Positions 25,894 to 37,148 of a DNA stretch of 64,000 nucleotides are shown piece after piece. Both the position numbers and the translations under genes were made by a program. The notes beneath the pieces were generated by a model. It made no database searches. It was not told the origin of the DNA and was given only the letters and a program-made list of their open reading frames with translations. The DNA is from Octopus bimaculoides (lineage: Eukaryota), in assembly GCF_001194135.2 (NCBI RefSeq), contig NC_068983.1, positions 7,196,102-7,260,101 of the forward strand. Reading direction: 5' to 3'. Every line of letters starts with the position of its first letter. Position 1 is the stretch's first letter.

Positions 25894-28441
25894 CTAAGAG
25901 AGTGTATGGCATCCTGTTGATCCTTGGGAAGTGGAGTATATATCCTGTTTAAGCCAAGTTGTTGTGTGAACAGGGAGCTCGGCAGAAGAATGGATCTCAG
26001 CCCATTGTCGCTTCAGCATCTGCAGTAATTTCTCCTCTTCTTTACCTTTCTGAAACAGAAGTCTCACACTAATTTCAGGAGGGGACACACGGCCCTGCAG
26101 TTCTTCTTTGGGACTGTAATATTCGAAAGAGGCATCAACATCTATTTCATCGTCTTCGTCCGAGAACACAAGTGTTAAACATTTAAGAGGTTCGGAATCG
26201 ACAAGTATCCGCTTTAGGTATTCAATTTTACGTACGTCCAGAATGCGATGGCGTGGCTTGTCAGGCAACCCCCGAGCAAAATCTGGAAGAGGGTAGCTAA
26301 CCAAATCCTCGGCAACAAGGCAGATGTGTCGGTTCGTTAAGATGACAGTTCGAGGGATAGCTTTATCAACTGCTTCAGATACACTAGCTTCCATAGGGAT
26401 TTGGAATCCCAGAATGTAAATCCATATAAGGTAAGGAGTTTTGAGGTTTAGCAGGACCTGTTCCCTTGAGATATCAGAGATTATATACAAAATGTCTGAA
26501 ATTGTTTCTTCACCAGGGTAACAAAAGCGGACCTTGCTGGGATGGATGTATTCACTTCCTTCTGTAGCAGAACGAGATTTTGTGACAAGGCTGTAGAAAT
26601 CCATCTCAGAATCTGAAGGTGTGTCGGCAGAAGTAACAACATTTGAAGAGAGAACGGAGAAAGTCACCTGTAGAAAAATTTCGGTAGTTGCACAATCACG
26701 AGTAACAACAGTACAAACTAAGTCATCTGATGGTCCAGTAAAGCGTAAACATTGGTTAAACATACCTATGTTAACCTGGACCAGCTGAGACAGAGGAATG
26801 GTAATAAATGCTCGAGGAAGTTGAGAATGCTGGAATCCGCCTTTGTGTAGGATACCAGAACAATGGCTGTCCTCAGATTTTCCTTGTATCAGATGATCGT
26901 CAATGGCTGAGTCTGATTTGTGACGATAGTGTGTCATCCATGTGTGCTTGGATTTAGGTGGTAATTTCACTTTCGTATCAGAAATACAATAGACTGCCCT
27001 GGAGGTGAGAACTACTAACGATAGAATTTCTTGATCTGGGTTTCTGTAAGGAACAACATCTGCCCAAACAACATACATCATCTCCTCATTCTCAAAGCCT
27101 ATGTGAGCAAAATTCGTATGAAAAAACTGTATCAGTTCGTAACCATTCATTTTCCCGATACTTTCTAAGCAAGGAGATCGAGACTTGACTAATTTGTACG
27201 TCAAGTTACACTGTGTTAGGTAAGTCAGTTGTTCTTCACATGGCATTGTGAAACTTGGTCTTCTTACATCCTGCACACTGACAGGGGTTTTTAGGGAACT
27301 AGATGAATTTGGAGAGGAAACAGTCAAGCTGGAACTGTGATTTATTGTAAGGCAATCTTTGGTTAAAACTATGTCATCGTTAGTTACAAGCAATTTCTTA
27401 CATTCAACATCATTATCTTCATTAGCTCCTTCGGGTTCCTGGCGTGCAGCTAAAGACAATCTATTGACATTCAGTGCTCGAAGACTTGTGAATTTTTCTA
27501 AATACTCATCCCGTGTTTTTGCACTAAGAAAATGTAGAGCAAGACATTCCGTTTTCCCTTGGCAATTGAATTCCATTGATAGCGGATGAAGTTCATATCT
27601 GACATTATTCAGAATCTCTGGAAAACGAAGTTGTTTGCTGCCATTTGGACACCATTTAAAGCTTACATTTCCACCTGCCATGATAGGGTAGTATTTAAGA
27701 ATTGAATGTTTGTTATTCTTCTCGACAGCATCGGAGTCAGGATTCTCACTGACAAAACAGTCCGTGTTAAAAAAGAAATCTTCTGTTTCCACGAGGTACA
27801 AATAATTCTCAGATACAGCCAAAGTATGCCACGTGGCATCATAAATAACAATGGCAGTAAATGTTATTTCTGAAGAATACAAACCTTCTTTTGTTTCCAC
27901 ATTCTCAATCAAATCTGAAAAATAAAGCTGTCCTGAAATATCAATAATTTTGGGAACTTCTTGATCAGTGTTGTTTTGGTAGCATTTTTTCAAAATATCG
28001 GTAAAGGTTTTAATTTGAGGAGATTCAACTTGGTAGAGAAGGAAAATCCCGCTGGGACCAACAAAAGATTCTTCGAGTTGAACAACATTGTGGCTGATAA
28101 GAATTCGTTGAATGTTACACAAAGGAAGAATGTAATATGTTGTAGTATGAGGAACTCCTGGAAAATCCTGGCTGTAACCATCAAAGTGTTGGATGAAAAT
28201 GTGTTTCTGAGTAAGTACAACACAAGTAGGGTTCATAATGGTTGGGTGTGTGTACTGGACAGCGTAGCTCCAGAACAAGTATTCAACGTACTCGCAGATT
28301 TCTCCTTTCCGCTTTGTCTCGTTGGAACCAGTCAAATTTGAAATCAACTTTGTACAGAAATTACAGTTCAGTACAGAAGGAAGATGTTCAAATTTGAAAA
28401 CATAGCTTTTGACCTCTTGGGGAAAATCTTTCGGCCGTTGT
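25894..28441 (-). CDS. NISCH: NISCH terminal coding exon (2548 nt, C-terminal region)
   Basis: ttttatttctttctcag acceptor at 28442-28443, phase 2, uninterrupted ORF to TAG 25894-25896. It ends EKLLQMLKRQWAEIHSSAELPV, comparable to the vertebrate NISCH end ([21 protein letters not shown], from memory). Confidence 0.92.
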
Positions 28442-28938
28442 CTGAGAAAGAAATAAAACAGAATTAGTACAGGTATAAATAAAAGCAAAGGGGTGGGGGG
28501 TGCACATGAGGGAGAATGTGTTTCTATCTCCCTCAATGTGTTTCAAAATGAAATGGTAAACAAAAGATACAAGAGTCTGTGTAGGGTTAAGAGATGCAAT
28601 AGTTGAACATATTTAACTCAAAGATTTTTTTTTGGTACTCTCACATGTATTCTATGGGGGAGAACTAGATTTAACAGAATAATACATGGAACGAAACTGC
28701 AAAGACAGAACTCTGAAGTCTTTATTTTATAGGAAGACAGTGGCCATGACACTTAACAGAGAGCAAGTGTGAGAGAGAGAGAGTGTGTGTGAGAGAAAAA
28801 GTGGCATGCAGCAGAAAGAGAGAGAGAGAGGGGGGAGGGATAAAGAAAGAAAAAGAGAAGCATTTCAAAAATATAGGCATAAGAAGAGAGAAAAAAAACA
28901 CCATATCTATCTATCTATATACACACACACACACACAT

Positions 28939-28969
<31 letters not shown>

Positions 28970-29332
28970 GCACACTTGATTTGTGGGTTAACAAAGCTAC
29001 CATTGGTTTCATGTGGAGAGAAATGTCAACAATTATCAAGCCTGCCACATGGGAGACTGGTGCTCATCGCCATCTTGGATGAAAAGACGAGGTCATGTGA
29101 GATCACGAGATTTGAGAATAAACAAATATATACACATATCAAGGCGATATGCTAACCCACAAATAAAGAATGTTTGCCCACTGATGCAGTGTTGAGCACT
29201 CAGTCTCACTGCTTGATATTAACATAAATATATATATTTATATATATATATGTGTGTATATATATATATATATAAACAAGTGTGTGTGTGTGCGTGTGTG
29301 TGTGTATTCATTCATTCAAAGAGTTCACTTAC

Positions 29333-29415
29333 AGATGTTGTTTCACCTGCGGATAATTTGGTGGTGAAGGGTTCTGAATGCAGTCCAGTTCACAGCTGGA
29401 GTTACTGTTGTCTCT
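29333..29415 (-). CDS. NISCH: NISCH linker exon (RDNSNSSCELDCIQNPSPPNYPQVKQH-L)
   Basis: taatag acceptor, gtaagt donor, 83 nt, phase 0/2; supplies exactly the phase change needed to join the terminal exon. Confidence 0.78.
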
Positions 29416-29603
29416 CTATTAATACAACAACAACAACAACAATAAACATATTTAGTTTACAATAAAAACAACATTGATAAATGAAACATAATTATATTTT
29501 ATGCCATCTTCTGTAAGTAATCATCATGACTAATTCATTGCCTATCCAAAATAACATATTAGAACCAGAATACAGTTCTATGTTTAAGAGATGAGGAATT
29601 CTG

Positions 29604-29770
29604 TACACTATTTACATTTGACGGATATTTGTCCTCATCTTGTTTAATGTTAACACGTTTCATTTCGGCTGATATATCCTCCAGCCTTCATCAGGTGTCT
29701 TGGTGAAATTTCGAACCTGGGTTCTCACCCCTAAAGTATTTTATGATGTTATTATTATTATTATTATTAT
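29604..29770 (-). mobile_element. Second, headless copy of the same SINE body with a damaged hammerhead
   Basis: Reverse complement of ~29905-30065. Core and stem II are intact (29666-29699), but the 3' half reads GAAATGAAACGTGTT instead of GAAACGTAGTGTT. Confidence 0.7.
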
Positions 29771-29781
29771 ATTATGCCCAC

Positions 29782-29878
29782 GGGCATATGACGTAGTAGT
29801 TAAGAGCGCAGGCTACTAACCCCAAGATTCCGAGTTCGATTCCAAGAAGTGACCTGAACACTGATGATGATGATGATG

Positions 29879-29921
<43 letters not shown>

Positions 29922-30073
29922 CATCAAAAAATACCTTAGGAATGAGAACCCAGGTTTGAAACTTCCCCAAGACACCTGATGAAGGCTGGAGGGTATATCA
30001 GCCGAAACGTAGTGTTAACAACAAACAAGATGAGGACAAATATCTGTCAAATGTAAATAATGTAAATAATGTA
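29782..30073 (+). mobile_element. tRNA-headed SINE carrying a hammerhead motif
   Basis: A-box-like tgacgtagtag (29789-99), B-box-like agttcgattcc (29833-43), (GAT)n(AAT)n linker, ~150-bp body with the hammerhead, (ATGTAAATA)n-like tail. Confidence 0.65.
29971..30016 (+). ncRNA. Minimal type I hammerhead ribozyme motif (dimer-type)
   Basis: Stem I GACAC/GTGTT; CTGATGA (29976-82) plus one extra A; stem II GGCTG/CAGCC; GAAA; loopless palindrome ACGT; GUA triplet with predicted cut after 30011. Confidence 0.7.
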
Positions 30074-31380
30074 TAGAACCATAATGTTCTGTAACAATGA
30101 GGTACATCACACCTCCAGAGTAAGATGTGGCATTCACTGTGATACATCACATCTGCCATCAGATGTTAAATGGACAGTGGTACAGTAGGTTATTACAGCT
30201 ACTGAGGTTGATCATATGCCTTCAGTAGGATGTTATCACTAAGGGATATATCACTTGTCCATCAATTAATGATGTTTGTGACCTCATAATACTTAGTTAC
30301 AGTTAAAGAGGTACGTTTGCTGACACAGAGGCTTTTAAAATGCACATCAGCTGACACAGTGTCACACACGTTTAAATAGGTACATCATCAGATGTAGTAA
30401 TACAAATGCTTAGAGAGGTACGTTTACAGAATTGCATCAACTGAGACTGTGATATTAGAAGTTTAAAAAAAAGCACACAGTTAACCAATCTAAAGTAACA
30501 CCCTAACAACAACTAGAAAACTAACTGTAAATTTACTGATAATTGCTGCAGTAATTCATCTGAAATAATGCTTTCTCTTCTCTCTATCTATTTACTTGTC
30601 TCTGCCTCTTCTTCTGTGTGTGTGTGTGTGTCTATTCAATCAGGTACCTGATACAATCTCCTTTTAATCCAACATCTGTATACTATCCAGAATAAGATGT
30701 ATCTTATTGGTCTGAACTAAAGAATCAAATTCCTCCTGTACAAGACTTAAATAAACCATGCAACACTAAACACTGAGAAGCTGACCAAAAGCTGTATTGC
30801 TTTAGAGAACCCCAGATATGAATCCATTTTATTCGTACCCACCATATTCCAAATACTAATGACCCTCAGCTACCATTGTCTGCATCACACCATCGATGAA
30901 TCAAAAGTTTCCCCTTGCCATTCAAAGGCTCATTGCTATAATCATAAAGTAGAAAAAAATGACAAAGCGCTACACTTCACCAATATTGCAGTTATGTCAA
31001 TGGATCAAGTGAAGTGCTGAAACTAACACTTGTGCTACAGTTATTTATTGGGCCATGAAGTTGTGTTCCAACAAACTCACCCTACCCCAGAAAGACTGAT
31101 ACTTGAAAAGCATCTCAGTCATGATAGCACACATGCACAGAAGTAACACACAATGACAAATCCCTCTGGTGCTCATAACCAATCCTTCTTGCAACGATGT
31201 AGATCAAATTGACTAATATGAAAGTCATGAATCTTTATGAACCTAGTAACTACAACAATGCATTACCTAAATATTTCAGTTAATTTTCTAAATAATCAAC
31301 AATTTAAAGGAAGCAAGAAGTAAAATAATTGAAAATTATAGATTATAGTAGATATTGATCAGGTACTCAGAATATGAATT

Positions 31381-31615
31381 AAGGTGGCGAGCTGGCAGAA
31401 ACATTAACGAGACGTGCGAAATGCTTAGTGTTATTTCGTCTGCCACTACATTCTGAGTTCTAATTCCGCCAAGGTCAACTTTGCCTTTCATCCTTTCAGG
31501 GTCGATTAAATAAGTACCAGTTACGCACTGGGGTCGATAAAATCGACAATCCGTTTGTCTGTCCTTGTTTGTCCCCTCTGTGTGTAGCCCCTTGTGGGCA
31601 GTAAAGAAATAAGAA
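31381..31615 (+). mobile_element. SINE family B, full length (central domain resembles Nin/Deu-type SINE cores)
   Basis: aaggcggcgagctggcagaa head; gtcaactttgcctttcatcctttcggggtcgat..aataagtaccag core; aataaagaaataagaa tail. Confidence 0.8.
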
Positions 31616-32764
31616 ATATAAATTAAGAAATTCCTAAATAAACTATCGGTTTACCAATTAAAATCTTCAGTTATCATTTGTGAAATAATGAAATTTCAAT
31701 CAAAATATTAATAACTTAATTTAGGTAGGTTAGTGTTGGTTAGCAAAGAAACAGTTAATTAACAGTAATTATCATAATTAACAAGTAGAAAAATACAAAA
31801 ATGTATACTTAATTACTGTACTACCTGTGTAGTACACCATCTCTAATCATGTCACTTTTTGCAGCCTCCTAGCACAAACACTTTCTGTTCCTCTATCTCT
31901 ATTCTTTCTCTCATATTCACCTTGTACTTTAAGGGTTCGCCTCCCCACCCTCTCACCATTTCTCTTTTTTTGTCATTAGCTAAGGAAGTCATGTATTCAT
32001 CTCTTCATTAAGAGACCAGTTCCTGTCCCTCTCTCGTACATTCACATCTTTCAATATTACACCCCAAATCAGTCGAAGGGGTCTTGCAAGTACTTGGTAA
32101 CCTCACTAAGGCTGGTGCCATAAAGAAAGCACCTTGCGCACACACACACACACACACACTGTAAAGTGGTTGGCATTAGGAAATGCATCCGACTGTAGAA
32201 ACCATGCCAAAGCAGACATTGGAGCTCTGCACAGTCCCCCGATTTGTCAATTCCTTTTGAACCATTCAACTCATACCAACATGGAAAAAGAGATGCTAAG
32301 TGATGATGAGACAACTATAAGATAATCTGCAGCTTATAAAAATGTCTTTCTGTCTTTGCTTTGTTTAAAAATTTATGGTTTCATTGGTAGGGGACAGTAA
32401 ATTTGACCATTTATATATATAGTATGACTAAAATTGAAAACTAAAACAGTGTTGTTGTGTGGTTAACATGCTTCCTCTGCAACCAGATAAACCTAGGTTC
32501 AATCCCACAGTAGGGTGAGCCTTGGGAAAGTCTCTTCTATTATAAGATTGAATTGACCAATGCTTTGAGTGAAATTTGCTAAATGAAAACATGAGAAAAA
32601 TCATCATACATACATGCATATACCATGTGTATATGCACATAAACACACACACAACTATATAAATATCATTCATCAGTGAAAGATGCATATATCAGTGATA
32701 AAACCAGTCGATTTGAGCAAAAATATTCTTTTGCATAGATGTGGCAATAGGTACAGGTGTGACC

Positions 32765-32943
32765 ATAGGTATAGCTGTGTGGTTAAGAAGCTCTCTTAGC
32801 AACCACATAGGTTTGAGTTCAGTCCCACTGCGTGGCATCTGGGCAAGTATTTTCTACAGTAGTCCCCAGACCAACCAAAGTCTTGTGAGTGGATTTGGTA
32901 GACAGAAACTGAAAGAAACCTCTGTGTGTGTGTGCGTGTGCAT

Positions 32944-32974
<31 letters not shown>

Positions 32975-33195
32975 CGTTCACATGCGCTTGTCTTAACATT
33001 GTTTGATTGCTGTAAATGAGCATCATTCCTTTCCATGATTCTGTGTGAACTTGTCCGGCTATGGAGAAATATTACCCAGCTTAGAAGCAGAGAAGGGTTG
33101 GTGGCAAGAAGAGTTTCCAGGCATAGAATATGTGCCTCAATAAACTCCATCCGACCCTTGCAAGCATGGAAAACTGGTCATTAAAATGATGAAGA
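32765..33195 (+). mobile_element. SINE with family A head and a different 3' tail (family D)
   Basis: A-type head, then a tail ending gcaagcatggaaaa..attaaaatgatgaag; related minus-strand copy at ~51517-51950. Confidence 0.7.
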
Positions 33196-33201
33196 TTATA
33201 T

Positions 33202-33340
33202 ATCAGTTAATAATTAATGGTACTAACAAGCAGTACCCGCATGCTAAATATAGCAGTCAAAATGACCAAACCACAGTCATTTTGACTGCTATATTTAGCA
33301 TGCGGGTACTGCTTGTTAGTACCGTTAATTATTAATTGGT
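33202..33340. repeat. Palindromic element, perfect 48-bp inner stem with a 9-nt loop
   Basis: 33219-33266 is the exact reverse complement of 33276-33323; the arms extend imperfectly to about 65 bp. Confidence 0.9.
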
Positions 33341-33831
33341 AATTTTTTAACGTTATGGTTTTTTTATGAATGCTAAGCCACTGGTATTATTATAAATAAT
33401 AATATCCTCATATATATATATATATATATATATAGTCAAAACTTACAGAAAACAAAAGACGAAGACAGGTGAGGGAACAAGCAAGCGTATTAGTTTAATG
33501 CTCGGGAAGAATGGAAAAGTCTTTGATGTTTCAAGTCTATGCTCTTCGAAAGAAAGGATTAAGAGGGCAAAAACGGAGAGAGAAAGGAAAAAAAAAAAAA
33601 ATGGAGAGAGAAAAAAAAATGTGGAGGAATTAACAGTTCAAGAGCTATATTGATTTGCACAGACAGTCCTTTGTGACTCTTGCCATCAGGAAAACAGTGA
33701 ATGAGTGATTAGCCTAAACAAAACCTAAATCCAACACTATTGTTCACAAAATGCATAATGTAAATAAGTAAATAAATAAATAAATAAGTTGATATTTGCT
33801 CTCAGTTGAAATGGCAGCACAGAATACTTAC

Positions 33832-34034
33832 TTTGATTTCCATTTGCTGCTCACTGTTTGCACTGCTTTCTGAGCAGCTCTGGTGGCTGTCGCCCAGTGG
33901 CGAAGAGGAGCAAATCGGGGGATTGTCTGTGACACTTGCTGGTTTGTTCTGAGAAAGATGAGCAGCTAAATGACTAGAGTGGAGAGCGATAGCTAGAAGA
34001 GTTGGTTTTGGGCCTTTTCCAGTATTATCTAATC
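33832..34034 (-). CDS. NISCH: NISCH linker exon (G-LDNTGKGPKPTLLAIALHSSHLAAHLSQNKPASVTDNPPICSSSPLGDSHQSCSESSANSEQQMEIK)
   Basis: tttttccag acceptor, gtaagt donor, 203 nt, phase 1/0, open frame, coding-like GC rise. Confidence 0.78.
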
Positions 34035-35126
34035 CTGGAAAAATTTCAAACAAGATTGTGGTTCAGTTAAAAAAGTATTGTCTACAAGAGCAACAAAAGT
34101 GATTTAAAACAATACGTGTGAGAGCCCTGGGTACCTTTATAGCACCCAGCTCTGGTGTTAGTGTGGCTTGGTATCCAGGTATGTTATTATATATATAAAC
34201 ATATATATATTTGAATTATGCAATAGAAGCAGCTCTAGAGTAAGATCTTTATATAACATATTTCATGTCATTCAATTTATGATCAATTCTTATTTAAAGG
34301 TAAAAGAAATATATAGACCAGATGAAAGGTAACATGTAGCCAGGTTTTAATATCTGTGCTGTGTACCCAGTAAAGGACCACCTCAGCAGGAGCCCTAAGC
34401 AAGACATTAAAGGTGGATGCCATCAGTCTCTCATTGCTTGGAAACCTTTTTTGTATAAGTGTATCATTGCAGTATGTGTGACGACAGTCCTAACCCTCAT
34501 TATCAAATCTGCTTTTACCATTCACCCCTCTTTTAACCGTACAAACACAGGTATTATCATCACACATCTTGATCAAGTCATGCCAGAGATAAGCTACTTT
34601 CACAAACAGAGACCTTGTGAATAATGAACAGGGGAACAACAACCAGGCCTCCTTTCGCTGCATAAATACACAATCAGGACACAGATCAAAGAAAGAGACG
34701 CGTACTTCACCCTTTCTAATCACAAACACAACTAAAACCTTCAGTGTCTTTCCAAATACTTCTAGGGCCTCACGACACCTAATTATCTCTTGTGGTGGCC
34801 TGACATGTATCATGTTGCTTGAACTGCACTGCAAAGACGACTTCCATAGGGTAATCAGAAAACACAAATATTCCTGCCTTGGTCAGTTACTGGACCCAAT
34901 GGGAACCTAAAGTAAGATCCACACAGGAGAAATATTTGAATTTTCAGGCACATCTATGGGACAGTTTTGCCTCTATACATACACACACATGCACATACAG
35001 ACACTGATAGATAGACCACATCCAAAAGCAAACCACCCAGTCTTATTAGCAATCAATCACTCAGCAAACATACTTCAGCCACTGGCTTACAGACATGCTG
35101 TGCCCTCCCTGTCCCCTCTACTTCCA

Positions 35127-35330
35127 CAATAACAGCCTCTACTCTCTTCTGAACCAGTTAGCTGCATACTCCTGATTCCTCTCTCTGTGTCACTTCTAGT
35201 TCTACAATAACAGCCTCTACTCTCTTCGGAACTAGCTATATACTCTTCCTGTTTCTTCTCTCTGACCCCTCTACTGCTAGTAATAACAGCTTCTACTTTC
35301 TTCTAAACCAATTAGCTACGTATGGCTTTT
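35127..35330. repeat. Diverged ~77-bp tandem repeat, about 3 copies
   Basis: aataacagcctctactctcttc recurs near 35128, 35206 and 35281; related sequence near 42405-42500. Confidence 0.6.
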
Positions 35331-36010
35331 ACTCAATCCTCCTTGACACGTGCTTTTCCCCTCCCTTCACCCCTACCATGTCTCACTTTGCCCAATCCTA
35401 CCTCTTTAAAACTCTAACTCTTCAGAATCACATTCTTGTAGACACCAAGAGATGTTCAAACATTGGCTGCAGTAGTCTCACCAGTGTAGGAGACAATTCA
35501 AAGGTCACAACATCCTAACATATATATATCTAGCAATATGATCTTCATGACCTAAAATATCTACCAGCCCCCTACAGTATTGTCATTTTATATATGCTGT
35601 TTGTTTTTATCCCTTCTACATTAATTTCCCCACACTTGCTTGGTCGGAATGGTTTACTTGTTTTTAAAACTGGATGTTGCTCTTCCAATCATTGAACCAA
35701 CCAACTGAAGTGAAATTGGAGTGAAGTCTTTGTTGTTTAACCATGCAAACCAAAGCAATTAGTTTAATGACCAATCAATTCTGTGTGGTCGTTAGCCTGC
35801 TCACCTTAAGCTTCATAATTTAAAATAATTCATTCCATGCTGGCAATCTTTAAATTCAGCTTGGTAAAAAAAATACAAACAAACAAGTGAACACAAACAA
35901 TCTGTTTTAATGAATTTAAAAAGCCTGACTGTGGCTTACAACAGCAAAAAAGATTCCTTACCGAGGTGTTGAATTAGCTAAATAGATAAGTTACCAGTTA
36001 ATTGGTTTAA

Positions 36011-36245
36011 CCCTTTCGTTACCATATTACAGATGAGATGCCTTGTGTTTCTTTCAATTAGTTTTAAATATAACAGAGAACTTAGTAAAATAACTTAGTA
36101 AAATAACTTAGTTATCATTCAGCTAGTGTCAGGAACATAAATTGTGACTAAGGTTTGGTGGAAGATTTTAATCCAGAACTTTTGAAAACAAGACATTTGT
36201 ACTACTGAGCCAGAGGTGGTTTCAGGCAGGTTGGCATCAAAAGGG
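36011..36245. mobile_element. piggyBac-like MITE
   Basis: TTAA-CCCTTTCGTTACCA...TGGCATCAAAAGGG-TTGA; imperfect 14-bp TIR and a TTAA-type target. Confidence 0.6.
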
Positions 36246-36580
36246 TTGAAATAATAAAAGACAAAAAATCCATTGCCTTCAGCCTATCCTTACAACTGTA
36301 TTCAAGGCAAGGCGCTGAATTTATTCCACACTTATTTGATCAACAAAGAATGTAAATGCTAACTATGGTAGAATTTGGTACGACCTGATGGAACTTGTAT
36401 TATTGTCCAAGTAAAAAATGGGATGATTGTTTAAAGGATGATTTGATCACTTAGGCTGCTTAATTAGGGTTCACCTGGCGCTAAACAACAATGACCATTT
36501 AGTGCCCCTTGGTAGGGTTTTATTTCTTCATTTTCACCTTCCATCTCACCCTCTATTTCCCATATTAATCTGTGTGTCTC

Positions 36581-37148
36581 AAATCTCTCAGAGATTTATG
36601 CAGCAGTGATACGATGAAGTAGTTGTATGCTGTCAACTTAATGTGACAGTCCCCTGAAGGGAATAATACTACTGTTGGTTAGACCTAGGAAGCTGTACCG
36701 CTTCCTGTCGGCCTTGACACATTTCCTGTGTCCTTATGTTTACAAGGGGGAGACAACAGNNNNNNNNNNTGTCACATTAAGTTGACAGCATACAACTACT
36801 TCATCGTATCACTGCTGCATAAATCTCTCTGAGAGATTTAGAAATGTTATATTTCTAAATTTGAAATCAGTGAATGTATTTCACTAGAATTATTATATGT
36901 TTACAAGAGCTTGACAGGCATCTTCGACTAGCAGGTCATGCTACTCCAGACTGATGACGAGCAAAGACTCAGAAACATGTCTCTGGATGCAGGCTTAGCT
37001 GGGTGGAGGTGCTTGTCTCCCCCTTGTAAACATAAGGACACAGGAAATGTGTCAAGGCCGACAGGAAGCGGTGCAGCTTCCTAGGTCTAACCAACAGTAG
37101 TATTATTCCCTTCAGGAGACTGTCACATTAAGTTAACAGCATACAACT
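36581..37148 (+). mobile_element. Hammerhead-bearing ~351-bp repeat unit in partial tandem with an upstream inverted copy (retrozyme- or Penelope pLTR-like)
   Basis: tgtcacattaagtt recurs at 36770 and 37121 (period 351). 36581-36756 is the reverse complement of unit sequence. A 10-N gap lies at 36760-36769. Confidence 0.65.
36945..36987 (+). ncRNA. Minimal type I hammerhead ribozyme motif
   Basis: Stem I TCCAGA/TCTGGA; core CTGATGA (36951-57); stem II GAG/CTC with loop CAAAGA and a C-A mismatch at its base; GAAA; palindromic stem III ACATGT; GUC triplet with predicted cut after 36981. Confidence 0.8.

Noticed and set aside
28442-28536. N-terminal 31 codons of the 880-aa ORF
   Set aside because: They run through a polypyrimidine tract and acceptor; this is intron, and the ORF is a terminal exon rather than a single-exon gene.
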